A stretch of DNA of 64,000 bases from Squalus acanthias (GCA_030390025.1 CM059432.1:39930001-39994000); one strand, 5' to 3'. Positions 48,526 through 59,849 are shown, numbered from the stretch's first letter. Program-made: numbers and translations. The notes: generated by a model from the sequence alone, not told the origin.

Positions 48526-50435
48526 ACTATGAGAATAGAAGAAAAGGTGAGTTAAGACTAGAGGTGGAGATTAGGATGCCAAGGTTGGGTTCCAAGAAAA
48601 GAGTTTCAGCATAAACTGTGGAAAAGAAGAGTGCAGGTTGAATTGAGGAGGGAGGAAATATAAGATGTTGAATTGAGGAAGGAAATGGAGAAAAGTACCA
48701 GCATGAATGGAGAGGGTTGGAGGAGGATAGAGAATCTCTGTGAAAAGTTGGATGCAGTACAGTGTCTCTGTGAATTAGACCCAGAGGGTGTTTAGTGCCA
48801 TGGTGAACTGGGGAGGTGGCGGGGGTGGGGGGCGAGGAGGGTTGCATGTAGAAGAGTGACTGGTAATATAACTTTTGGGAAAGTGATGATCTGGTTGGTC
48901 TGTTGAAAATTCAAGGCAATTTTTTCAATTTTTTAAGATTAAAAATCTTTTAATTATGAAATATAATTGTGTTTAAAATGAACCAGAAGGTATAATTTTA
49001 ATGTAAAAATTCAGAGGAGCATGATCCCAGACACCCACTGAAAATGCACAATCAGTGCTTCAACATTTGGATTCTTTCTTCAGGCTTTCATGTACTTATT
49101 TTTTTTCTCCCTCCAATGCAAGTGAAGGAATGTCATGCATGCCTACAACTTAAGCTACAAAGCCTGTGTAACTATTTGTTTTCACATTATATAGGCTTAT
49201 AATTGGTGGGGGGGTTGTGTCAGCTTTTTTCGGTCAGCTTTTGCTAGTTTTCTAGTTGGTACACATGAATAAGTGACATTTGGGTTTATTCCTACTCAAC
49301 AGACACACCAAAGCATCACTTCCCCAAAAGCTATCTGAACAAAACTCTCCCTTCTCCGAGTTCTCTTCTCCATCTCTAACTCCCAACAGTTTCTCTTCCC
49401 TCTAGCTCCCTCCCCATTTTACAGAGGCACCCAGTTCACAGCAACAATCTATCCCATTCAACCCTCCCCCCTCTAGTCCACAAAGACATTCTATATCATT
49501 TTGTCACTGTGGCCTCAGCTGCCGCTTTTACCTGATGCTGCTGCTTTGCTCTGGAAGCAGACTCTGTACTGCAGGCAATCTATTGGGAGACCAGGAATTC
49601 CCCAGCTGCACACCGCAGGACAGACACTGCCCCAAAGCAGCAAATCAGCCATTTGAACACGAGCTTGATGATTTGCTATCCCAGGGATAAACAGTGTATA
49701 GATTTGTATACAGTGTATACACCTGGTTACGCTCCTCTTTAGAAATGACTTAAAGGGGATGTGAATATTGAAGGGGATGTGAATATTGAAGGCATGAGAT
49801 TTATTTTCTAAGCGGTTGGCGCATACCCCTCTAGAAATTTTTTTTTTTAACATGTTGGGCTGGATATTCCGATGCCTATGGGTGAGTACGCACTGTGTAC
49901 ACACCCGTAGGGACATCAGAAATGCCGGTTTTAGGCGTGCACAGCGCATGTGCTGAAAACCGGCATTTCCGATCTGTCAAGAATGCTCTTGACAGATCGC
50001 ACGCCTGCCCTGGAGAAGGGCCTCTGCAGGCGGATAGTTCCGCTTTCTGGAGACCCTCCGCCCGCTGAAAACCCTTAGGGGTAGAAATTAGGTCGCGCCC
50101 CATTTGGGGCGCAAATATCGTCCGCGCGCAAATATTAGCGCCTGGCGCTAATTATCGGCACTGACAGGAAACTTCACTTTTACCGCCCCGGGAGGTGAGT
50201 GGAGCGCTAAATTAGGCGCTGCACACCTCTCTTAAGGCGCAAAGGCCTAGGAGTGAGGCGCTACCTCAGCGCACGAGCGCAGCGCAGCTGCTGCCAGTTA
50301 GCGAGGGAACACAGACACACTGGCGCCGGACACTTCTTAAAGCGGGGGGGGGCCACTTGCTCCCCAGCCACACCCTGCTCATTGCAGCCTTGAATCTCAG
50401 CCTGGAGAGACCTGTAATCCATTTTGCTGCCAAGC

Positions 50436-52453
50436 ATGGAGAGGGTGAGAGAACGCGCTCATCGCTTCACCGAGCGGGCCTTGGATGCTCTGGTTGGCGC
50501 AGTGGAGCGCAGACGATGCATGCTGTTCCCGGAGAGTGGCAGGAGGCCTTTGCCACGCGAGTTCAGAAGAGTGTGGAGGGAGGTGGCTCAGAGCGTCTCC
50601 TCCAGGAGCATGGTGCCCAGGACCCATGTTCAGTGCCGCAAAAAATTCAACGACCTCACTCGGGTCGTCAGGGTGAGTGGCTTTTTCTCAATACCTCTCC
50701 ATCCCTCCATCTCAACCTCACTATATGGCCAGAGGGTCTTAAAACTCCAATGCACAACACTCATGCAACACCTATGGCCCTTTCATCAAACACACACACA
50801 CATTCCACACTTTGCATACAGTAAGGGCTATTCACCTATGGGAGGCACATCAGGCAAGACCATGGCTGCATATTGTAAGGGCTATTCACCTATGGGAGGC
50901 ACATCAGGCAAGACCATGGCTGCATATTGTAAGGGCTATTCACCTATGGGAGGCACATCAGGCAAGACCATGGCTGCATATTGTAAGGGCTATTCACCTA
51001 TGGGAGGCACATCAGGCAAGACCATGGCTGTATATTTACTCAGATGCTGTCCTTTTTCTTGCAGGCTAAGTTGGCTCATAATCGGAGACAGCAGCAACGG
51101 ACGGGTGGAGGGCGGCTTCAGCTGCAACCCCTCAGCGATCTGGAGGAGCGCGTCCACAGGATTGTGGCAAGCCGGGTGATCGGTCCCGTCGCCACTGGGG
51201 ACGCCGACCCCGTTGTGGACAGCAATGGTAAGGTCATCACCTTTTTGTCCTCTGTCCTTCCACTTGTCCCTCACAATACCAGCCTTTGACACTTTCAATC
51301 CAACTTGCTAACTCGCTGCACTTATTCCTCCCTTACTGCCACCCTGTCCTCACGCTAAAGCCACTCTTGTACCTCCCTGCTTTCAGATGGTGATTCACCA
51401 GCTGAGGAGATGGTCCCTGAAGCTGCCACTGGGAGTGATGCTGCAGCTGAGGAGGAAGAGGAAGCCGGAGCATCAGTGCCACCCTCTCCCGAGGAAGCCC
51501 ATGGCCACACTGGGAACACGCCTTCCCCGGAGGGGAGCAGGGGGGAAGGGGCTGATGATGGTGAAGCTCCAGGACCCAGCGGGCTGCAGCAACGCCATTG
51601 GGGGGGGAGGGAAGAACGGGGGAGCAGGGGGGAAGGGGCTGATGATGGTGAAGCTCCAGGACCCAGCGGGCTGCAGCAACGCCATGGGGGGGGGAGGGAA
51701 GAACGGGAGCCTTCTCCCCAGAGGGAGAGTATGCCAGACACTCCTAATGCAATGGACGCAGAGGAGGAGCGGCTGATTGCAGAAATGAACAGCCAGGCGG
51801 TGGGCATGCACACTGAGCTCATGGGTGCAGTGGGAAGGGTGCCCGAATGCATTGAGGCACTGGCAAGGAGTGTGGAGCACTTCGCTGTAGCACAGGCGGA
51901 TGCCACACTAACGCTTAGTGCTGCAATTCAGTCACTGGCTGCCAGGAACCCATCTGAGACTGCTCTCATGCAGACTCAGATTGAGGCCACGCGAGCACTG
52001 ACTGCTGCCATCCTCGATGGTTCGTGCACATGTCCCCGGGGCTGTCACCGCGCCGCAGCAGGCCAGCAATCTGTTCTCCGGCAAATTGCTCCGGATGCTG
52101 AAGTGCTGCCCCGTGGGAGTGCCAGTGTGTCGGGCGAGCAGGGAGTTGCTGTCCTCTCTCACGATGACAGCATTCCTGCTGCCAACACTGTCACTTCTCC
52201 ACTGCACTTGCCACCGCCTGTAGGACAGACTGCTGCCGCCCATGCAGAGTTGGTGCAGTCTGCAGCCGGGCCCTCCAGGCCCAGAAGTGGTCGAGGCCGT
52301 CCTTCAGGGGCATCTGCAGTGTCAGGGTCTGACGAGCAGCAGCCTTCCACCAGCCTTGCTGCAGCCACTGAGGTCCCATTACGGAGGAGCAGTAGGGTTA
52401 GAAGGGGGGAAGTGCGCAAGGGAAGGAGATCACCCTCGAAGGGCAAAAAGTAG
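50436..52453 (+). CDS. Harbinger Myb/SANT-like DNA-binding protein; exons 50436-50672, 51065-51227, 51387-52453; 488 aa
   Basis: Trihelix-type RFTERALDALV...FP...VWREVA...RTHVQCRKKFNDL; canonical GTGAGT/GCAG and GTAAGG/TCAG sites with matching phases (0, 1) give one open frame; QRTGGG in exon 2; basic C-terminal NLS-like LRRSSRVRR...KGKK. Confidence 0.88.
50821..51036. repeat. Four tandem 54-bp repeats in intron 1 of the Myb-like gene
   Basis: gtaagggctattcacctatgggaggcacatcaggcaagaccatggctgcatatt at 50821, 50875, 50929 and 50983. Confidence 0.97.
51532..51706 (+). repeat. In-frame 87-bp tandem duplication in exon 3
   Basis: GSRGEGADDGEAPGPSGLQQRH(W/G)GGREER occurs twice. Confidence 0.93.
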
Positions 52454-52747
52454 GAGGTGTGCCAAAATGCTGGTCATTTTTTTATTAAAGGCCGAGGTTC
52501 ATGGCCCAACTTTTGTTTAGTGTTTTGGACATTATCTCCAGGTTGTGAGAACCAGTTATGTTATTGACTGTTTTTTTGTGTTTATTTCTATGAGTTTGTC
52601 ATGAGGAATTGACACACACAGAGTTTGTACAATAAATAAGTCTCTGTATTCAAAATATACATGGCTGGTGGTTGGAATTATTGGTGCCTTGGCCGGCTTA
52701 GGGGTTGCGTGCTGGGTTGATTCGTGTTTGTAGCAATGGCAGGGGCC

Positions 52748-53908
52748 CTAGAAGCGGCTTGCTATTAGTCGTTGACGGACGGCCCTTGCAGTTTGACCAT
52801 TGTGGGCCGCCCTCCTGCCTTGGTGCTGCTGCTGATCATCGTCCTCGTCCTGTTCCTCCTCTTCCTCCTCCTCCTCTTGTGGTGCTGCAAGGCCTGGTGG
52901 CATTGGCTGCGTCCTGAGGATTGCCATGTTGTGCAACATGCAGCACACGACTACGAATTTCGAAACTTGCTCAGGCGAGTACTGCAGGGCTCCTCCGGAA
53001 TGGTCCAGACAGCGGAATCGTTGTTTGAGCACGCCGATTGTGCACTCAATAATGTTCCTGGTTGCTTGTTGGCTTTCCTGGTACCGCAGCTCAGCAGGGG
53101 TGTTTGGCGCACGGAGCAGTGTCATCAGCCAGGTGCTCAATGCGTACCCCTTGTCCCCCAGAAGCCAACCAACTGGCTGATGCGGTGCCTCGAAAATTTC
53201 TGCCACAGTACTCTGGCGCAGGATGAAAGCATCGTGGCAGCTGCCCGGATAGTGGGCATTGACAGCGAGAATCACCTGTCTGTGGTCACAGACCAACTGC
53301 ACATTCAAGGAATGGAACCCCTTTCTGTTCCGGAACTCCTCTGCATTCTCTCGCGGAGCACGCAAAGCCACATGCATGCAGTCAATGGCGCCCTGCACCA
53401 TGGGGAAGCCCGCTACCCTCGCAAAGCCCATAGCACGGTCATGCTGCTTGTCTGGGGTCATAGGGAAGGAGATGAAGTCTCGTCTCCTTGTGAAGAGGGC
53501 ATTGGTGACCTGCCGGATGCAGCGATGCACCGCAAACTGGGAGATATTGGCGAGGTCCCCAACAGCAGCTTGGAATGAGCCAGTGGCGTAGAAGTTCAAA
53601 GCCACTGTGACCTTCACTGCCACCGACAGAGACGTCCTGGACCTCAGCTGAGGCTGCAGATCTGGCTGCAGCAGGTGGCAGAGCTCAGTGACCACCTCCT
53701 TGCTGAATCGCAGCCTTCGCAAACACAGCTCCTCGGACATGTGGATGTAGGAGAGCTGTTCACGATATACCCTGGGAGGGTAAGCTCTCCTGTACATGCG
53801 CCTGATGGCCCTCCTCCGTCTGGCCATCATTGCCACTCTCTGTCTGCGTCTCACTATCCTCCGATTGAGCTGGAGCAGGACGACGCCCCCAATCATTGCA
53901 GCCCCCAT
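52748..53908 (-). CDS. Harbinger (HARBI1-like, DDE) transposase, 386 aa, open frame
   Basis: RLRFSKE, VALNFYATGSFQ, GAIDC.H, NRKGFHSLNVQLVCD, PGSCHDAFIL, WLLGDKGY, RNIIE.TIGVLKQRFRCL, CCMLHN, acidic tail. Confidence 0.95.
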   Translation of the reverse strand: MGAAMIGGVVLLQLNRRIVRRRQRVAMMARRRRAIRRMYRRAYPPRVYREQLSYIHMSEELCLRRLRFSKEVVTELCHLLQPDLQPQLRSRTSLSVAVKVTVALNFYATGSFQAAVGDLANISQFAVHRCIRQVTNALFTRRRDFISFPMTPDKQHDRAMGFARVAGFPMVQGAIDCMHVALRAPRENAEEFRNRKGFHSLNVQLVCDHRQVILAVNAHYPGSCHDAFILRQSTVAEIFEAPHQPVGWLLGDKGYALSTWLMTLLRAPNTPAELRYQESQQATRNIIECTIGVLKQRFRCLDHSGGALQYSPEQVSKFVVVCCMLHNMAILRTQPMPPGLAAPQEEEEEEEEQDEDDDQQQHQGRRAAHNGQTARAVRQRLIASRF

Positions 53909-54009
53909 ATTCTCTTTGCCAGAAAAGTAATGAGGTACAGCAACTAAAGTAGCAGCAAAGTTAGGATGAACTAGGCAAAACTACCTCACAAAGCGTTGAG
54001 TCAATGTAG

Positions 54010-54012
<3 letters not shown>

Positions 54013-54044
<32 letters not shown>
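54013..54044. repeat. (CT)n/(GA)n microsatellite in the transposase 5' region
   Basis: About 15 TC units; shorter in the 893-bp relatives. Confidence 0.9.
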
Positions 54045-54046
<2 letters not shown>

Positions 54047-55605
54047 AACGAGTGGTGCATAAATGTCGACCACAGAAAAAGACAGGAAGAGGCCCCCTTT
54101 AAATAGCGCCCCCCCCAGCCCCACACCGATTGATAACGTTCCAGTCTTCCGGTCGTTGGAAGCGCCAGGCGGTAAGGCAGGGGGCGCCACTCAATTTCCG
54201 CTCCGGGGCGCCCCAAGGGCGTTGCACCACGGAATGACGTCACAATCTGCGCGCGCAGGTGGTCGCAGCGGTAAGTTTTAGCGCCGCCGCACAATCTCAA
54301 GTTAAGTTCTCGAGCGGCGCAAACAGCGCTGCGCCCGGGCGTTAGCGCCTTAACGCCCCATTAGCGCCCTCTTAAGGCGCTAACGGGAGGCGCAACCAAC
54401 TGAATTTTTACCCCTTAGAATTCTTATGCCTGGTAAAAGCTTTTACCAGGATAAGAGTTGAAAAAAGTTTTTAAAAAATTTTTCACTGATTTATCATTTA
54501 AAAATACTTTAAAAAAGGTAAGTTTATTTTTAGCCCCGTAAAAAACTTTAAATATTTTTTCAAAAAATTAAATTTTTGTTTAAAATATTTAATTTATTGT
54601 AATTTCAACTAATTTTAAAAAGGTGATGGTTTTTTAAAAATGTATTTAAAGTTTTACTATGTTTTTGGGGTGATCTCCATTCATATATTTGACACGTCTA
54701 TCTGTCAAGTGTATGAAGGGAGATTCCCTTCTTCTATTGGCTCCCCATGGCCCACGTAATTCCAGGGACGCTTGCGAACTGCCTGCGCCTCTGGGATACG
54801 TAGGCCCCGTGCACTTGGAGTTTGGAGAGGCCCAGGATTGGAAGTGTAGGCACCTCGGGAGCCCTCAGGTAAGTGCGTAGATTTTTCCAGATCGGAGGAC
54901 TCCGCCCGCGGGAGGCCTGCGATCGGAAAATATGGCTCGTTATTTGGTACAACTTCCAGTATCTTTGCCTTTCTAGTTGAATATAATAAATCCTGGAAGG
55001 GTTATAGATACTTTAAATATAAAAATAAAGATAATTGTTCAGACTTGAAGAAACGTTACCAGGGAACTTCAGGTACATCATGGCCCAGAATTTCCTCGGA
55101 GCGGTTCCCAATCTGCCACCCTAACTTTGCCGGATGTGTGGCGGAAAATCTGTTTACCTGTGAAAATAGCAATCCTGCTGCATGACTGGCAAAGTTCGAG
55201 CGGTGGAGTGAGAGCAGCTCCAAGGAAACCCCTGGCCCATGTTTATTTGCACCTGAAAGATTTTGCAACAGGCAGTTGCAATAGTCCCAACCGATAGCGC
55301 AGTCTATGTTCATAAGAGATGTGGTTCACTACCACATCCATCTCTGTCCAGGACCCACGACATTACAGAGACAGGCAAAAGGTTACCTGGACTGAGGGTT
55401 TGCTGACTGACCTATCTTGCATTTAAAAAAAATAACTTTATGTAGCTTCAGGCGCAATAAATATGAGTCAATAATATCAAAACAAAATCTTAGAAACAAG
55501 TTCACACAGAGAGGTTCATTTATTTTTCTTTTAGATACTGATCGATCTGTTTGGCATTTCAAACATTTTCTGTTTATAAAACCTTAAAACATGAGGCTAT
55601 AAATT

Positions 55606-55950
55606 GCAAAAGCAAAATACTGCAGATGCTGGAAATCTGGAATAAAAACAAAAATGCTGGAAACACTCAGCAGATCAGGCAGCATCTGTGGAGAGAGAAA
55701 CGGAGTTAATGGGGGCAATTTTAACCTAACCAGGCTGTCGGTAAACTGACAGGATCGGGTGTAACACTGGTTTTACAGCCCGCATGATTTTACTCTCCAC
55801 TGGAGTCAAGGCAGGGTGTAAAACCGGCGTTCCACCCAATCCCGTGGGATTCCCGCCCAGTGAGTTGGGTTAAAATTACCCCCAATGTTTCAGGTTGATG
55901 ACTTTTCATCAGAAGGTTCTGACGAAAGGTCATCAACCTGAACCATTAAG
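55606..55950. mobile_element. Penelope-type hairpin repeat interrupted by a MITE
   Basis: gcaaaatactgcagatgctggaaatctg...gagttaa|MITE|tgtttcaggttgatgac.tttcatcagaa..ttctgacgaaaggtcatcaacctgaa. Confidence 0.75.
55711..55883. mobile_element. 173-bp palindromic Harbinger-type MITE
   Basis: TIRs GGGGGCAATTTTAACC / GGTTAAAATTACCCCC; TSD AAT. Confidence 0.88.
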
Positions 55951-57439
55951 GCTATTAATTACTAGTGGCAAAAATAACCGCATAACCCCCCCGAGAAGTT
56001 AATTAAAACAACAAATGGAGAGATGTCATAGGCATTAAATGTTCATTCACCGTTATCACCGACAGACATTTCTACCCTATAGAGCTCATTTGACTCTGTC
56101 AGAAGGGTTTATTTTCCACGCATTACAAAAATTAAAATATAATTGCAATGCACAAAAATGTGGTTTGTAGGAAGACACAATACTAACAGCTAAATACTGT
56201 GCTCTCAGATAGCCCTAACTGACTTACTTCAGTCTAGGGTAACAATATATTATAATTTTATTATCAAGGCTACGCCTCACATTTTTCCTGTTAACTGTGG
56301 TGCAGGCCCTCTGCCCAGTTACTGCATGGTAACAAAGACACTCCCACCACATGTGTAAACATACTGCTTTCAAAGTTATGGAACATAATCGGCGACAGTG
56401 TGCACATACAAACACCGCATTACACATCACAGTAGTACATTTATTAAAATTTATTGCTATTCCAACCCCTCTCTCTATTTCAGTTCCAAACCAATGCAAT
56501 TTCACAAGTGTGCTGACAGGAAGGCTTAAATATAGCCAGTTTATTCATTTGCACCAAGGAGCATCTTCTTCCTCTCAGAAAAGCAGGTGCAACTAACGTT
56601 GGCGAAAAATAAACCTTCTCACAAGACAACAGCTGGGCATTCCCCAGAAAATTCACTTGAGGAAAATTAAAAGTTCATAAGTGCTGCATTTTAGCAAACT
56701 AAGCGTTATATATTATTTCTTTGGGGGTAAACACTATAAAAAACATTCCTGTAACTGTGCCTTTCAGAAACTAGCAACTCATTGAAAATTTTTATGTCTC
56801 TAGCTCATGAACAATATATAATATACAACACTTGATTTGACACAATGCAGTGGGATAAAGTAAGATGTGATTGATTGTTTCTGACAGGCTCCAGATCTTC
56901 CCTTGAAGTAACCTCAGTGGCTCTGACAGCCTGCAGTTCTGCCTTGCAACTGATCTGATCGTCTGATATGGACAACTGCTAATCCCACTGAAGAAACCTG
57001 TTTTTTTGTGTGAAGTGTGAGCAAGTCGACTCCTGGGTTGAAGTGCTGTCAGCTGCAAACACTGACAGTTAGCTTTCAAGAGTAGTTTTAGTGCACCATA
57101 ATGTAAGCTTCAGAAAGCACACAGTGCAAGAATATGCTTTCTTGACGGTTACAAATGAACAAAACCTTTAACTCCCATTTAACACACTGTCTGTGCACAA
57201 AGAATAATTTCACCGAGTGAGTAATTAATATAATGAGTATATTTAAATTAAGTCCAATTAGTCTGACCTATCAATAATTTATCCCGAATTGTGTTTAGGA
57301 TTGTACATAAAGTTTTTGGATTAAGGAAACAAGTCTGTTCTCTAATTGGTGCATCCAAAACCACTACAATTAGCATAATTTTGACTTCTTTATTCTTAAT
57401 AGCATATTAAATGTATTCACAAGATAAATGCCTTTTGAG

Positions 57440-58869
57440 TTCCATTGTTTAAAAAGGGAGAAAGGGATAGACCGAGTAATTGCATGCCAGTCAGCCTAAC
57501 CTCGTGGTGGGCAAATTGTTGCCAAAAATTCTGAGGGACAGTATTAATCGTCATTTAGAAAGGCACGGATTAATCAAGGACAGTCAGCATGGATTTGTTA
57601 AGGGAAATCATGTCTGACTAACTTGATTGAATTTTTTGAGGAGGTAACAGGGAGGGTCGATGAGGGTAGTGCGTTTGATGTAGTCTACATGGATTTTAGC
57701 AAGGCTTTTGACAAGGTCCCACATGGCGGAGTGGTCAGTAAAGTAAAAGCCCATGGGATCCAAGGGAAAGTGGCATGTTGGATCCAAAACTGGCTCAGTG
57801 GCAGGAAGCAAAGGGTAATGGTCAACGGGTGTTTTTGTGACTGGAGGCTGTTTCCATTGGGGTTCCGCAGGGCTCAGTACTAGATCCCTTGCTTTTTGTG
57901 GTATATATCAACTATTTAGACTTCAATGTAGGAGGCATGATAAAGAAGTTTGCAGATGATACAAAATTAGCCATGTGGTTGATAGTGAGGAAGAAAGCTG
58001 TAGACTGCAGGAAGATATCAATGGACTGGTCAGGTGGGCAGAAAAATGGTAAATGGAATTCACTCCGGAGAAGTGTGAGGTAATGCATTTGCGGAGGGCT
58101 AACAAGGCAAGGGAATACACAATAAATGGTAGGATACTGAGAAGTGTAGAGGAATAGAGGGGCCATGGAGTGCGTGTCCACAGATCCCTGAAGGCAGCAG
58201 GACAGGTAGATAAGGTGGTTAAGAAGGCATATGGGATACTTTCCTTTATTAGCCGAAACATAGAATATAAAAGCAGAGAGGTTAAGCTAGAACTGTATAA
58301 AACACTAGTTAGGCAACAGCTAGAGTATTGAGTACAGTTCTGGTCATCATATTACAGGAAAGATGTGATTGCACTAGAGAGGGTACAGAGGAGATTTACG
58401 AGAACGTTGCCAGGACTGGAGAATTTTAGCCATGAGGAAAGATTGGATAGGCTGGGGTTGTTTACTTTGGAACAGAGGAGCCTGAGGGGAGATTTAATTG
58501 AGGTGTATAAAATTATGAGGGGCCTAGACAGAGTAGATAGGAAGGACCAATTTCCCTTAGCAGAGAGGTCAATAACCACGGGGCATAGCTTTAAAGTAAT
58601 TGGTAGAAGGATTAGAGGGGAGTTGAGGAGTACTTTTTTAACCCAGAGGGTGGTGGGGGTCTGGAACTCACTGCCTCAAAAGGGTGGTAGAGGCAGAAAC
58701 CCTCATCGCATTTAAAAAGTACTTGGATATGCACTTGAAGTGCCGTAACCTGCAAGGCTATGGACCAAGAGCTGGAAAGTGGGATTAGGCTGGATAGCTC
58801 TTTTTCGACTGGCACAGACACGATGGGCTGAATGGCCTCCTTCTGTGCCATAAACTTCTATGATTCTAT
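57440..58869 (+). mobile_element. 5'-truncated CR1 LINE
   Basis: QHGFVKGKSCLTNLIEF, YMDFSKAFDKVPH, KFADD, RGDLIEVYKIM; (ttctatga) tail into which the MITE at 58870 inserted. Confidence 0.9.
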
Positions 58870-59762
58870 GGGGTAAAAATTCACTTGGTTGCGCCACCCG
58901 TTAGCGCCTTAAGTGGGCGCTAATGGGGCGCAAAGCCGCTAACACCCGGGCGCAGCGATGTTTGCGCCGCTCGAGAACTTAACTTGAGATTGTGCGGCGG
59001 CGCTAAAACTTACCGCTGCGACCACCTGCGCGCGCAGATTGTGACGTCATTCCATGGTGCAACGCCCTTGGGGCGCCCCGTAGCGGAAATTGAGTGGCTC
59101 CCCCTGCCTTACCGCCTGGCGCTTCCAACGACCAGAAGACTGGAACGCTATCAATCGCTGTGGGGCTGGGGGGGGCGCTATTTAAAGGGGGCCTCTTCCT
59201 GTCTTTTATTGTTGGTGGCATTTTTGAACTACGCATTCTGAGAGAGAGAGGGAGAGACTTCTGGAGAGATTCAACGTTGTGTGAAGGAGTTTTGGGTACT
59301 GAGCAGCACTTTGCAGGTTCATTTTGATTTGCCATTCCTTGTATCGATTTAGCAGAGACCGTGGGAGCTGCACACTGAGCTCTTTGCCTGGTGCTCTCCA
59401 TTGTTCTTTCCAGCACATTTGATGTGCAAGTCTCTCCAGGCCGAGATTCAAGGCAGCAATGAACAGGATGTGGATGGAAAGCAAGATTAACCATCCCCTT
59501 TAAGAACTGGCCCGTGCCATTGTGTGTGTGTTCCATTGCTGACTGACATTACATGAGCTTCACCAGCGCTCCGAGTTAGCGCCTCACTGCTCGGCCTTTG
59601 CGCCTTAAGAGAGGTGTGCAGCGCCTGCTTTAGCGCTCCACTCACCTCCCGGGGCGGTAAAAGTGAAGTTTCCCGTCAGTGCCGATAATTAGCGCCAGGC
59701 GCTAATATTTGCGTCCGGACGATATTTGCGCCCCAAATGGGGCGCGACCTAATTTCTACCCC
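58870..59762. mobile_element. Young 893-bp non-autonomous Harbinger, second copy
   Basis: TIRs GGGGTAAAAATT / AATTTCTACCCC; TSD TAT; about 17 substitutions and no indels relative to 35400-36292 (counted by eye). Confidence 0.97.
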
Positions 59763-59849
59763 TATGAGTTGTAAGGAAAAGTTTATTTTGTATTTATCCT
59801 AATTTACATAGGCTTGTTAAGTCTAATTAGAATATGCATCAATCTTTTA

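Larger units (their letters stand above)
50078..54414. mobile_element. Structurally complete autonomous-type PIF/Harbinger transposon, 4337 bp
   Basis: TIRs GGGGTAGAAATT / AATTTTTACCCC; TSD TTA at 50075-50077 and 54415-54417; convergent Myb-like and transposase genes. Confidence 0.97.
49857..54938. mobile_element. Older non-autonomous Harbinger-type element (about 740 bp net) that is the insertion target of the complete element
   Basis: Imperfect TIRs GGGCTGGATATTCCGAT / ATCGGAAAATATGGCTC; TSD GTT at 49854-49856 and 54939-54941. Confidence 0.8.

Noticed and set aside
48100..48850. Purine-rich tract as a gene or defined element
   Set aside because: Low complexity around a SINE fragment, with no consistent unit or ORF.
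50424..51179. 251-aa ORF as the full Myb protein
   Set aside because: It reads through intron 1 and its tandem repeat; the three-exon model with canonical sites fits better. Kept only as a possible minor isoform.
52772..53591. Long + strand ORFs opposite the transposase
   Set aside because: Antisense shadows of a GC-rich coding sequence.
52748..53908. Domesticated host gene HARBI1
   Set aside because: It is flanked by TIRs and a TSD, paired with a Myb gene and accompanied by MITEs, so it is a transposon gene and no symbol was assigned.
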